Source of the DNA: Candidatus Melainabacteria bacterium | Lineage (GTDB): Bacteria > Cyanobacteriota > Vampirovibrionia > Obscuribacterales > Obscuribacteraceae | Assembly (NCBI GenBank): GCA_963847765.1 | Contig: CAWKBA010000008.1 | Span: forward strand, 10,643-74,642 | Length of the DNA stretch: 64,000 bases | Direction of reading: 5' to 3' | Shown: positions 19,397 through 29,268 of the stretch, piece by piece | Layout of the letters: every line of letters begins with the position of its first letter | Numbering within the stretch: position 1 is the first letter of the stretch | Translations under genes and position numbers: made by a program | Notes under the pieces: generated by a model | Told to the model about the DNA's origin: nothing | The model's database searches: none | Seen by the model: only the letters and a program-made list of their open reading frames with translations

Positions 19397-20428
19397 ATGA
19401 AAGTTGAAACAATGCAAAATACAATGCAGGCAGCACAAATAATGAAGCCCAAAGGTGGTTTGCAACTTAGTGCCGTAGAAATCAAAAATCCGGATGGCAA
19501 TATGGTCCGGCTTAAGGTCGAAGCTTGTGGAATTTGTCACAGCGATAGTTTTTCATTTGAAGGAACCTGGCCTGGTATTCCATATCCAGTTGTACCTGGA
19601 CATGAAATTGTCGGTACTGTGGATGCAGTCGGACCAAATGTAACCAGATTTAAAAAAGGTGATCGTGTTGGTGTTGGCTGGCATGGCGGTCATTGCGGAA
19701 TATGCGCCTCTTGCCGCAGCGGGGATTTTATTGCTTGCGAAAAATTACAAACCCCTGGTATTACCTGTGATGGCGGCTATGCCGAGTATGCTATTTTTCC
19801 GGAAAATGTTTGTGCCATGGTTCCTAAGAATATGGATCCGTGCGAAGCAGCACCTTTATTATGTGCCGGTGTGACTACTTTCAATGCTTTGCGCCATACC
19901 GGTGCCAGAGGTGGAGATGTCGTTGCCGTCCTCGGCATTGGCGGACTGGGACATTTAGCAGTCCAATTTGCCAACAAAATGGGCTTTCATACGATTGCTA
20001 TTGCGCGCGGCAAAGATAAAAAAGAAATGTCCATTAAACTTGGCGCCGCTAAATATATAGATTCGCAGGCAGAAGACGTTGTCGCTGAATTAAAAAAACT
20101 TGGCGGTGCTAAAATAGTACTGGCTACTGTCACTCAATCAGAGGCTATGTCTCCACTCATAGATGCATTGGCTATAGACGGTAAATTATTCATAGTCGGT
20201 GCTGGTTTTGATTCGTTAAAGGTTACTCCTGTTCAATTAATTATGGCTCGCCGATCAATAGTTGGTTGGCCAAGCGGCACAGGCCGTGACTCGGAAGAAT
20301 GTATGCAATTCTGCGCTCAAACCGGCATACGCCCGATGATTGAACGCTTTCCCCTTAAAGATGTTAGTGCCGCTTACGAACATATGATGAGCGGCAAAGC
20401 CCGTTTTCGCGCCGTGCTGGAGTTTTAG
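19397..20428 (+). CDS. Zinc-dependent alcohol dehydrogenase (MDR family)
   Basis: GICHSD, GHEIVG, a structural-zinc Cys cluster (CGICASCRSGDFIAC) and GIGGLGH. The start was chosen at the internal ATG preceded by GGAG. Confidence 0.8.
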   Translation: MKVETMQNTMQAAQIMKPKGGLQLSAVEIKNPDGNMVRLKVEACGICHSDSFSFEGTWPGIPYPVVPGHEIVGTVDAVGPNVTRFKKGDRVGVGWHGGHCGICASCRSGDFIACEKLQTPGITCDGGYAEYAIFPENVCAMVPKNMDPCEAAPLLCAGVTTFNALRHTGARGGDVVAVLGIGGLGHLAVQFANKMGFHTIAIARGKDKKEMSIKLGAAKYIDSQAEDVVAELKKLGGAKIVLATVTQSEAMSPLIDALAIDGKLFIVGAGFDSLKVTPVQLIMARRSIVGWPSGTGRDSEECMQFCAQTGIRPMIERFPLKDVSAAYEHMMSGKARFRAVLEF

Positions 20429-20443
20429 GATAGGAATATATTC

Positions 20444-20807
20444 TCATTCTGTTCTTTCCCTAATCAGGGTGACTAGCTTCTCCTTGATTTTGGGCAGGTA
20501 TTCAACACCTTCCCAAACTTTCTCATAATCGGCATTCCAGTACCAGTGCACAAGATGCCGTCTCATACCGACAGTACCGCGCCAATCTATATTCAGGATG
20601 TTTGCTGTCGTAATCGTATTCGCGGCGCAGATGTGAGGCACATTCACCAATTCGTTCCATGTAATAGAAAATCCAAACCTGAAAGAACTCATCTTGCTCG
20701 AATGCTTGCCGCCCCTTCGCATACTGAGGGTGATTCTCTATCTTATCAATAGCTTCCCGCATATCCAGCAGCCAGTGCAGCTCTTTCCTGTCACCGGTGG
20801 ATGTCAT
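20444..20807 (-). CDS. HEPN domain (DUF86-type) protein, frameshifted as sequenced
   Basis: The two overlapping ORFs together give ...DSKHPE / IDWRGTVGMRRHLVHWYW (Rx4H). The shift lies near 20590..20600 and is not in a simple homopolymer. Confidence 0.65.
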
Positions 20808-21133
20808 AACGCCCTAGTTTCCGACAGAACAGCATCCTTGATTCTGTGGCGCAGCCCGGGCTCATCAACCACATCCACACTAACACCGAGGAGTTTTTCC
20901 AGGTCTTCATGCAAAGCCTCAATAGTCCCAAAATATTTGAAGCCGTTCAGATTGGCACCACTGAGGTCAACTAGAATATCTATATCACTCTTATCGTTGT
21001 AGTCGCCCCGAGCACAAGATCCGAATACTCGCACATGCCTAGCACCGTATCTTTCGCATACGGCTAGGATCTCATTCCGTCTTTTGGCTAACAGCACCGG
21101 CATATTCATATTGGCATCCCTTCCCTTTACCAA
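20804..21133 (-). CDS. Minimal nucleotidyltransferase (MNT) antitoxin-like protein
   Basis: 109 aa with GSCARGDYNDKSDIDILV. It overlaps the downstream HEPN gene by 4 nt. Confidence 0.8.
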   Translation of the reverse strand: MVKGRDANMNMPVLLAKRRNEILAVCERYGARHVRVFGSCARGDYNDKSDIDILVDLSGANLNGFKYFGTIEALHEDLEKLLGVSVDVVDEPGLRHRIKDAVLSETRAL

Positions 21134-21231
21134 TTATCCCATAACACAATTCGGCAAAACTAATCTTTTATCGAATGACTGCCCGCAAAGAGCGACAAAA
21201 CCCGCTTCCGTGCCGTGCTGGCATTTTAAAA

Positions 21232-21545
21232 TCGGTTTAGATTATCATGATAATCTAAAGTGGCAAATTACTTTTGTACTACTAACCAGGCAAGGTGCGA
21301 ACCTATTGCTCAAGGACTTGCGCAAATTTATTGATAACGCCCGTGGACAAGTAGCTCAACAGGTCAACGCGGTGAATTGACACCAGATTTGGTATTCAGT
21401 ATCCTTAATCTTCACCAGCAACAGGAGTTTGCACAGGTGATCGACCAATCTAAATCGGGAATTGACGCAAAAGGAGCTAAAATTGGTATTCCGGTTATCC
21501 TGGCCAGGATTGTTGCTTGCCTATTTACCAATACCAATTACCGGC
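21232..21545 (+). pseudogene. Possible N-terminal remnant of a DUF1016/YhcG-type PDDEXK nuclease gene
   Basis: LLKDLRKFIDNARGQVAQQVNAVN, then QIWYS and QQQEFAQVIDQ in other frames, resemble the N-terminal pattern of that family. The rest of the gene is absent. Confidence 0.3.
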
Positions 21546-21578
21546 TTCGGGCTCAAAGCCGGTTGAATCGACTCCAGC

Positions 21579-22220
21579 ATGCCGCGGCATGCATTTACAG
21601 GGTTGATTGTTATCCTTGTACTAGCACTGCTTTCACAGCTAGGTTCAGCAGTGTATTGGTCATTTTGCGTTTACCAACTTCATAGGTTGCTGAAACAAGC
21701 CAGCGAAACATATCAAATAGGACCACGTAAAGCAGTTGTTCTTTGCTCCTTGCTTCATCCGTTATTGGTACCAGCAATTTTTGGTCTTGCACTGGGTCTT
21801 GCGGCGGTGTCCATCGCATTAGAATTTACTCTGCTCAAAGCGATCAAACCGTCAGGGCTAGTGTGCGCCATTTTTGCTGCACTATCGGCGGTACTGATAA
21901 TAATAATTTGTGTGGTACTAATGGTCGCGATGATCTATTGGCACCTTCGCTGGACTGGTACAATTGCCAAATTTGTTAATGACCGACAGCCATCAAAAAA
22001 AATGTCAAAAATTCTCTGCGGACTTTGCTTGCTGATGCCGGGAGTGTTCGGATTGCCTTCGTGTTTCGGAGCAAATGCATCCGGTATGTTTCAGCCCATG
22101 TTGTTTGTTATGTCCTTTTTGCTTGCACCGGCAGTAGGATTTGTCGTGCTACGACACTTAGCACAAAAAATAAGCGAAGTGCTGAATAAGCCAACCATTG
22201 CCGAAACACATCCAGGTTGA
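21579..22220 (+). CDS. Polytopic membrane protein, unknown function
   Basis: 213 aa with about five hydrophobic helices and no motif I recognise. Confidence 0.5.
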   Translation: MPRHAFTGLIVILVLALLSQLGSAVYWSFCVYQLHRLLKQASETYQIGPRKAVVLCSLLHPLLVPAIFGLALGLAAVSIALEFTLLKAIKPSGLVCAIFAALSAVLIIIICVVLMVAMIYWHLRWTGTIAKFVNDRQPSKKMSKILCGLCLLMPGVFGLPSCFGANASGMFQPMLFVMSFLLAPAVGFVVLRHLAQKISEVLNKPTIAETHPG

Positions 22221-22327
22221 AAACAAACGGTCTGGTGAATTAAATTAAAGTTCCGAATCTCGAAATAGTAAAGGAACAGCCAGTACTTAACCTGTCTAAT
22301 GTGAGTTCATGGCGCCGGAGCGATTAA

Positions 22328-23361
22328 TTACGGATTAAATGCAAACAAGAAGGTCGTGACGAGATTAAAGCCGGCATGACCAATAATTGTCGTTGTCGTG
22401 TTGGTATAGCGCTTCACCAACCCCATCAGTATTGACCAGATAGTCACTTGCACTATAAATATCGGTGCATGCGCAAATTGCCCGTGGAGCATGCCATGCA
22501 ATAACGCCGCCGGCAGAATACCAAAAACAGGTTGCAGAGCGCCTCTAATCAATGTCTCTTCACCAATACCGGCACACAACGCTGTTGCCAGAGCCAGAAT
22601 AGCCGAAGGCACAAAACCGCCACCAGCAGTAAAAGTACCCGAATTGTAAAAAGAAAGCTTTGTTGCTAAGTCCTGTCCAGGTAAGTGGTGCGTGAAATGT
22701 GCCCAAATTGCATCATAAAGGAAACTGCCCAGGATTAAAGCAATACCTATACCTATTTGTTTTTGGCTTGGTTTCACCCAGCCTAATCGAGCCATGGCTA
22801 TTTTATATGGACGGGTGACATAAATGCCTACACCCAAAAGGAAAGCAAGATTAAACCTATGCCGTTGTAGGAGAGCAATTGCATAAGCATAAGAGGTATG
22901 GGCAAAGGCATGTATGGCATTTTGAAACTATCCGGCTCAATGCTCATGAGCAAATAGGCAAAAGTAGTCACATAAATGAATAAAGCCATTAAATGCGGAA
23001 AAGAGTTTGGCACGAAGATTTTTTTGCTTAAAAAATATTCGGCTGCTTTAATGTTTTTTCTGATCAGCGGCAACAATATTTGCCCGGTAATGAGCAGATC
23101 GGCTCCAGTAAATAGCCAGGAAAACCCCTTTCTCACAGGCATAAACAATATGAGAAATGTTGTCGCAACAGCAAAAACCAGGGCATTAATCGCCCAAAAA
23201 CTAATAAATAGCTCCAGAGGAGTAATTAATAAAAGTCCCTCCGCTACCGCCACAGCAACAATGACAAACCTTAAAATCCATTCCAACCAGCGCCTTTTCC
23301 TGGCCACATGGGCTAAAAGCCCTAGTAGCGCAAGGATTAAAATAAGCAAAAAATCTAACAA
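22328..23361 (-). CDS. CPBP-family (CAAX/Abi) intramembrane protease with extra N-terminal TM domain; one homopolymer frameshift as sequenced
   Basis: It has GEETLIRG (EExxxR), LLHGMLHG and HAGFN motifs. The two ORFs join if the A4 run at 22836..22839 has one more base. Confidence 0.7.
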
Positions 23362-23532
23362 AGTAGTGGCCTAAAATAGAGAATTTTATATTTCTGGGCT
23401 TTAATTTTTGCAGCTTCGTGCTATCATATTGACAAGATTGTACCGACTGTTGGTTATATCATACTGGAACTTGTGTGCAAGGAATCCAAAGCAGTCAGAA
23501 GGACAATTAACAGTTCGGAGGTGAATCCAAGC

Positions 23533-23760
23533 ATGGTTACCAGAAAAAATATATTACTAGCCTCAGTTTTCGCAGGCGCGCTGGGGTTGGTTGCATCGAC
23601 AAGTTTTGCCAGTGGACCCATTGTTTTAGGTCCGTCGGTAGCTCCAGTAATGCCTAAATTAGTGGCTACCCAAACAGGACAATCAACAATGCAAACAAAG
23701 GCATTGTCTATCTACAGGCAAGTTCGTAGCTTTTGGTTATCGCGAGCCATTGTACGCTAA
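23533..23760 (+). CDS. Small secreted protein, unknown function
   Basis: An internal ATG is preceded by GGAGGTG. The signal peptide is MVTRKNILLASVFAGALGLVASTSFA. Confidence 0.4.
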   Translation: MVTRKNILLASVFAGALGLVASTSFASGPIVLGPSVAPVMPKLVATQTGQSTMQTKALSIYRQVRSFWLSRAIVR

Positions 23761-23780
23761 CCGTTTGATTGACCTTTGAA

Positions 23781-23805
23781 CAGGCGGTACAAAGCCCGCC
23801 CCTAC
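23781..23805 (-). repeat. GTAGGGGC hairpin element (intergenic, between convergent genes)
   Basis: caggcggtacaaagcccgcccctac has the stem GGCGG/CCGCC. Confidence 0.7.
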
Positions 23806-23814
23806 AATCGGCAT

Positions 23815-24096
23815 TTATTTGCCGATGCGGATCATGATTTCATCTTTGCCGACCAGATTTAATCTTTCTCTGGCCAGCCGTTCAATACCGGCTGCAGAAT
23901 GATAACTATTCAGTCCATCACAAAGATCTTTATTAATTTCCAAAGCCTGCTTCTCGGTGTCTTTGAGCATCTGAGCTTGCCCAAGCAAAAATAATTGCCT
24001 ATCTACACTGCCATAGATTGACTTTACTGCTTGAAAAATAGCAAAGCCGGTAATAATAATCAGAAAAAGTTCTTTGAATAGGCGTGATTTTGTCAT
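23815..24096 (-). CDS. FtsB/DivIC-type septum formation initiator
   Basis: One TM (LFLIIITGFAIFQAV), a coiled coil, and the C-terminal signature IERLARERLNLVGKDEIMIRI. The start was placed at an internal ATG. Confidence 0.65.
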   Translation of the reverse strand: MTKSRLFKELFLIIITGFAIFQAVKSIYGSVDRQLFLLGQAQMLKDTEKQALEINKDLCDGLNSYHSAAGIERLARERLNLVGKDEIMIRIGK

Positions 24097-24101
24097 TAAA
24101 T

Positions 24102-24902
24102 CTATTGTCCAGAAAAAGTCTTTACCTGCACTTCCAACCAACCCCTGCTTTGTAATGATTCAGCCATCTTGATACCTCTTTCTCTTTCATCATACATAGC
24201 TACGACAAATTGGGGCATAGTAATTTTGCCTTGATTCAAAAGATATTCTGCTAATTGAAGCGACTTAAGCTCATTTTCGTTTACATAGCCGGCGCTCAGT
24301 ATCAATTCTTCAATTGACACTTCCGGAGCCAGTTTAATTTGATTGGTAAGTGCCAGTACTTCCGGCTGACCAATGATCTGTGCCTGCAACAATAACTGGA
24401 CAAGTTGAGGCAAATGATCCGGTGCTTCAACCGATACAGGCGTTGCTTTTTCTACCTGCATAGCTTCCAAAAAGTCTATTGTGCCACTGGCGGGAATTGC
24501 CCCTCGCTCCAACAGCCAATGCCGGACTGCAAATAAATCATGACTTAGTCTCAACCTTGGCTTGCGCAAGATATAACCTGCATCAAGCAAAGTATGAAAT
24601 TCTTCCGGCATTTCAGGAACATTCATTTCCTGCAGGAAACTGTTGACGGCACTAATATAAGCACCCACAACAGCATTTTGGGTTGCATCACAAGACAACC
24701 CGAATAGCTCGTACAAGTCAAGCGGTGGGCTTAAGTCCTCCTCCGGCAAAGGACGGATAAGATCAGGGAAAAGCTGGCAAAGCTGTTTTGCCACCACAAT
24801 AACGCCGTAAATATCTGACTGCGCCCAACTTTGCCGCAAGGAGGCGCACAGAATCTGGCTTTCTAATTCAATGCGATTTGGGCTGATGCCCATTTCGGCC
24901 AT
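24102..24902 (-). CDS. Protein with degenerate J-like segment and two T2SSE_N-like repeats
   Basis: 266 aa. DLYELFGLSCDATQNAVVGAY is J-domain-like but lacks HPD. LLLQAQIIGQPEVLAL and LLNQGKITMPQFVVAM resemble GspE-N repeats. Confidence 0.45.
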   Translation of the reverse strand: MAEMGISPNRIELESQILCASLRQSWAQSDIYGVIVVAKQLCQLFPDLIRPLPEEDLSPPLDLYELFGLSCDATQNAVVGAYISAVNSFLQEMNVPEMPEEFHTLLDAGYILRKPRLRLSHDLFAVRHWLLERGAIPASGTIDFLEAMQVEKATPVSVEAPDHLPQLVQLLLQAQIIGQPEVLALTNQIKLAPEVSIEELILSAGYVNENELKSLQLAEYLLNQGKITMPQFVVAMYDERERGIKMAESLQSRGWLEVQVKTFSGQ

Positions 24903-24919
24903 ATTTCTATTTCCTATTA

Positions 24920-25390
24920 CTATTCAATTGCAAACGTTAACTCCGTGTGTCCAACACGTATTTTGTCACCGGAAGAGAGCATTTGTCTTTTTATTACCGG
25001 GTGTCCGTTAAGCAATGTGCCATTGGTAGATCCCAGATCTTCAACCCAGAACTCACCATCTTCATACGTAATCCAGGCATGATGGCGAGAAGCATAAGTA
25101 TCATCCTTAACTACTAACTGATTGGAGGGATCGCGCCCGATTTTCATCTTCATGCTTGTTAATGGCACTTTTTGCCCCGATTTTTCAATCAGAACCACTG
25201 ATTGCGGCACTTCCCCCTCCTGCATATCCGCATCGGATGCGCCGACATGATCGAGAGGAAGATTTTTTAAATCCAAGTCAGTCAGCGTAGAACAATAGAC
25301 GCAGCGCGTCCCGGACGGCGTAGGACGTCCACAATTGGGGCAGGGTTCGATAGCGGCACTAATGCTGTCAGTCATAACCGGCATCTCCAA
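24920..25390 (-). CDS. Zinc-ribbon plus FHA domain protein
   Basis: CPNCGRPTPSGTRCVYC is followed by an FHA core (KIGRDPSNQLVV...SRHHAWI...WVEDLGSTNGTLLNG). Confidence 0.8.
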   Translation of the reverse strand: MEMPVMTDSISAAIEPCPNCGRPTPSGTRCVYCSTLTDLDLKNLPLDHVGASDADMQEGEVPQSVVLIEKSGQKVPLTSMKMKIGRDPSNQLVVKDDTYASRHHAWITYEDGEFWVEDLGSTNGTLLNGHPVIKRQMLSSGDKIRVGHTELTFAIE

Positions 25391-25469
25391 AGTAAAACAA
25401 GACAGGACATATTATTATACTCCTCCTAGAAAAGTCCAGGAAGACAATACAGCCAGGCAAAAAGAGCAA

Positions 25470-25889
25470 TTAAAGAATAGCCAGCGGCGGCGAAGAATCA
25501 TAACATTGACTTACATAAATAGGCATCATATCTAAGGAATTAAACCTTTCCGATGGATTATCTATTGCAATTGTCATACCGGTAGCTTTGTCCGATGTAT
25601 TGATTTCTGTTGTCCCTTTCTTTAGACGAAAGCAGGCAACACAATATACTGGTCTGTAGCCTTTAGGTTGAAAGGGCACTCGTGTCGATGAGCCGCATTG
25701 GGCACAATTGACTTCAGCAGTTTGTTTGGGATCTCCACTTCTTTGCACTCGCATTAAAATGCGGCAATTGGCGCAACGTTTTGGCTCATTAGCCAAACCT
25801 TTGACGCTAAAGAATTCCTGCTCTCCGGCAGAAAAAATAAATGCTTTTTGGCAGTCGCGGCATATAAGATGTTTATCCTCGAATGGCAT
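25470..25889 (-). CDS. Double CxxC zinc-ribbon protein
   Basis: MPFEDKHLICRDCQKAFIFSAGEQEFF...RCANCR...CAQCG...YCVACF. The start is uncertain. Confidence 0.6.
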   Translation of the reverse strand: MPFEDKHLICRDCQKAFIFSAGEQEFFSVKGLANEPKRCANCRILMRVQRSGDPKQTAEVNCAQCGSSTRVPFQPKGYRPVYCVACFRLKKGTTEINTSDKATGMTIAIDNPSERFNSLDMMPIYVSQCYDSSPPLAIL

Positions 25890-26015
25890 ATATCGTTCCA
25901 TTTCAGCTGCGGTATGCAGCCGCCCTTCGCCATTTATCGGTGCCATCCTAACACGCAAATTAGATATTGATTACTCGAAAGTTGTCTAAAATTCAGTTTT
26001 TTAGTTCTATAAAGA

Positions 26016-27112
26016 TCAAACTATTTCTCTGCCTGATTTAGAACGAGAATATGGTGCTAAATTGACATTCGCCACCTGGGGAGGCAGGGTTTGTGTAGGG
26101 GCGCGTTGCACGCGCCCGCTTACGCCCATGTTTTCGCCCGCTCCGACCGTAAAATAGCCTGCCGCAGCTATCATAGCGGCATTGTCCGTACAAAGCGCTC
26201 GTTCAGGCAAAAATACTGGTACCGGCGACAGAGCCAGCAATTGCTGCCGCAAGGAAGAATTAGCAGCTACGCCACCAGCCAGAACTATAGCCGGCGCCTG
26301 TGTCTTTTCTGGGCACGGAGCGTTTTGTCTATCAAAGCACCAACCACCGCTTCCTGAAAAGAAGCAGCTAAATCGGCTACCGGCCAGGGTTGTTCTATCT
26401 TTTCCAGGCAGCGCCACACTGCCGTTTTTAAACCGCTGAAACTAAAATTAAAACCTGCCACTGCGGCCTTAGGAAATGGAAATCTTGTTTTGTCCCCGGA
26501 AACAGCCAGATTATCAATTGCCGGCCCGCCCGGATAGCCAAGTCCCAGTAACCGCGCCACTTTATCATATGCCTCGCCGGCAGCATCGTCAATTGTTTGC
26601 CCGATAACTTGCGCCTGGGCAAAATCATTAAAATACATAAGCTGAGTGTGCCCGCCGCTAACCAGCAAGGCTAAAAATGGTGGTGTAAGCGCAGCTTGTA
26701 GGGGCTGCTTTAGCAGCCCGTGTTCTCCGCCCGTGCCTTCGTTTTCCAGATAATTGGCACAAACATGAGCAATAAGATGATCAACACCAATTAAAGGCAA
26801 ATCCCAGGCAAACGACAGAGCTTTGGCCGCCGATAATCCTACCAACAAAGTGCCAATCAAGCCTGGTCCAATTGTGCAGGCAATACCATCCAGATCAGCA
26901 GGGCTTATTTGCGCCTGCTTCATAGCCAATTCAATCACACTATTAATGTTTTCCAGATGCTCACGGGCAGCTATTTCAGGTACGATACCGCCATAATTTT
27001 TATGCAATTCCATCTGCGACATAAGACAATTAGAGAGGATATGTCGCCCATCAGCAACCACCGCCGCTGCTGTTTCGTCACAACTGCTTTCAATACCCAA
27101 AAAAATTGCCAT
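26016..27112 (-). CDS. tsaD: tRNA N6-adenosine threonylcarbamoyltransferase, one homopolymer frameshift as sequenced, with C-terminal extension
   Basis: GIESSCDETAAAVV, GPGLIGTLLVG and LAGGVAANSSLR. The two ORFs join if the T4 run at 26305..26308 has one more base. Confidence 0.85.
26095..26119 (+). repeat. GTAGGGGC hairpin element, TTGCA-loop subtype, inside the tsaD 3' extension
   Basis: gtaggggcgcgttgcacgcgcccgc has the stem GGGCGCG/CGCGCCC. Confidence 0.8.
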
Positions 27113-27261
27113 AGTTTTAATATTAACTCTGTCCGGATATACCGTCTGCGCCTGGCTTTTCTCATTAAAATATTGTTGACAAGCCTGCCTGCCAGGAGTA
27201 GCATTCTGCCACGAGGTGCACCGACCTTGGCTATTTGCCTATCAGGGCTTGAATTTACCAC

Positions 27262-28073
27262 ATGAACAACCTTTTTTATCCTATTCCTTATTTAGGCGCT
27301 GCCCTGTTTTGCCTCATCCTGGCGGGACAACCATGCCTTGCTGACGGATCAGGATCTGTTTCGGTGTCTACCGCAACCGGATCCGGCTCAGGGTCTAGCT
27401 CAACTACCCCTTATGATATATCTGAGCCACCTGGGGCAGCAGCTACAGGCACAGGCTTTAATCAAGGCTCCAACACGTCGCAGGCAGCTGGATATGGCAA
27501 TGTAAATGTACCTTTTAGTGAATACGGCAACTATACTCACAATCAGCTCAGTCAAGAACCTTTTGACAAATTACCTATACTTCAAGTGAATAACACTAAT
27601 TTAGACGGAAGCGGCAAACAATATATGACTATATTGCAGGCAATAACGGACAGCAGACGCAAGCAGGTGCAACATACCCGGGCACCTACAAACAAATCCC
27701 CGCTGGTCGAGCCAATCTGAATCCAAATTTCCCGAGTCAAGAATCTTCTTACCCAAGTACAGAAGGCACTATGGGTGTCACCGGTCTGGCACCGGCTACT
27801 ACAGCCATACAAGCTGGCGCATTACCAGGCCAACCCGGTCAATATTCTTTTCCTGCTATTGACTCAGGCAAATTTGAATATGGCTTTGATCCCAACTTTA
27901 CTTCTAAGCAATACGGCGGCGCTTATAATGCCGCCAATACTCCAGTAGGCGCAACAGGAGGAAACAGATATTCCAATACCCCGGGTATTGTCGGAGGTAC
28001 CATTTTACCGCCTACTTCGACTAGTTCTGTTGATATAAATTCAATTGACTTAGATCCAATGCCGCTCGATTAA
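27262..28073 (+). CDS. Secreted low-complexity (G/S/T/N/P-rich) protein; one frameshift as sequenced
   Basis: It has a signal peptide (LGAALFCLILAGQPCLA). ORFs 27262..27720 and 27771..28073 join if the A3 run at 27616..27618 has one more base. Confidence 0.45.
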
Positions 28074-28077
28074 GCTT

Positions 28078-28827
28078 ATGATCAAATACAAACACCAATT
28101 ATTGTTTTTATTAATAGCCTGCTTAAATTGCATAGGCATTAGCAGCGCTACTGCCGACACACAAACTACAGCCACAAAACAAGGCTCTGTTGGATCTGCC
28201 GCTACCGGCTACGACTATAGCACTTTTGGAAGCAATCCTGATTCAGATACGTCCAATGCTGCGGTTTATCAGGGAGAGCGTGGTTATCCGGGCATGCTCC
28301 CCAATCGTGATCCTAATCTTGCTGATGAATATGCACGCAATACACCCGGACCACAAACTTATCCTTCTAATACCTATATACTGCCCGCCCAAAACTTGCC
28401 CGATAAATTTCGGGCACAGCACTATTTTGCTTTACCAAATACTTCAACGCGCCTACTAACACCTGTTGATCCTAAGATCCCAGTAAACTCTGCCGGTTTA
28501 CCGCCTACTACTCTCGATAGCTTCGTTTCCGAAGCCAATGCAATCGGTCAGGCAGAAGCAATTTACGGCGATGAAGGCAGTATATATATCCCTCCAGACA
28601 GTAATTTTGATGCCACTCATCGTATTGCCAGAGGTTTTGACAAAACGACCGAACATGGATTGACAACAGGACATGGCAGCTTTTTGCCTTCTGCCTGGGG
28701 TTATGACGGAGTTCGCAACCCAGGCGAATGGTCTAAATCTGCGCATCCCACTAAACCCTCCTTAGCAACATCTACCGCCGACTCTACCGATGTAAATGAG
28801 CCGGCTGTGTCTGTACCAACCAATTAG
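28078..28827 (+). CDS. Secreted protein, unknown function
   Basis: 249 aa with a signal peptide (LLFLLIACLNCIGISSATA). The mature part is low-complexity and polar. Confidence 0.5.
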   Translation: MIKYKHQLLFLLIACLNCIGISSATADTQTTATKQGSVGSAATGYDYSTFGSNPDSDTSNAAVYQGERGYPGMLPNRDPNLADEYARNTPGPQTYPSNTYILPAQNLPDKFRAQHYFALPNTSTRLLTPVDPKIPVNSAGLPPTTLDSFVSEANAIGQAEAIYGDEGSIYIPPDSNFDATHRIARGFDKTTEHGLTTGHGSFLPSAWGYDGVRNPGEWSKSAHPTKPSLATSTADSTDVNEPAVSVPTN

Positions 28828-28881
28828 CAATAAATTGTGGCTCTTTTGCTAGAATCTGTTGATGATAGTTGGAGAGCTGGC

Positions 28882-29268
28882 ATGATCAAAACAATTACTA
28901 CTGAGAAAGCACCGAAAGCAGTTGGTCCTTACTCGCAGGCCATAGTCGCTAATGGTTTTGCCTTTCTTTCCGGGCAGATAGCTATTGATCCCCAATCTAA
29001 TCAATTTGTGGGTGGATCAATCGAAGAACAAGCCAGGCTGGTTCTGAGTAATAGTTCTGCTGTTTTGCAATCAATGGGCAGCGGTCTGAATAAAGTTGTC
29101 AAAACAACGGTATTCTTAAAAGACATATCCGACTGGGAGTCCATGAACAAAATCTATGCGGAATTTTTTGCCGATCACAAACCGGCACGCTCTACAATCC
29201 AGGTAGCCAAGCTTCCTAAAGATGCAGCCATAGAAATAGAAATGATTGCTCTGGTGGACCAATCATGA
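28882..29268 (+). CDS. ridA: RidA/YjgF-family reactive intermediate deaminase
   Basis: APKAVGPYSQA, GQIAIDP, KTTVFL, and ARSTIQVAKLPKDAAIEIE. Confidence 0.85.
   Translation: MIKTITTEKAPKAVGPYSQAIVANGFAFLSGQIAIDPQSNQFVGGSIEEQARLVLSNSSAVLQSMGSGLNKVVKTTVFLKDISDWESMNKIYAEFFADHKPARSTIQVAKLPKDAAIEIEMIALVDQS

Noticed and set aside
26285-26417. tsaD, and similarly guaA at 45814..45826, appear as two overlapping ORFs. These could be read as pseudogenes or as programmed frameshift sites.
   Set aside because: Both are normally essential. Each junction coincides with a short homopolymer whose extension by one base restores a canonical protein, and the same pattern recurs in at least eight other genes. 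I saw no slippery heptamer or downstream structure. Sequence error is the simpler explanation.
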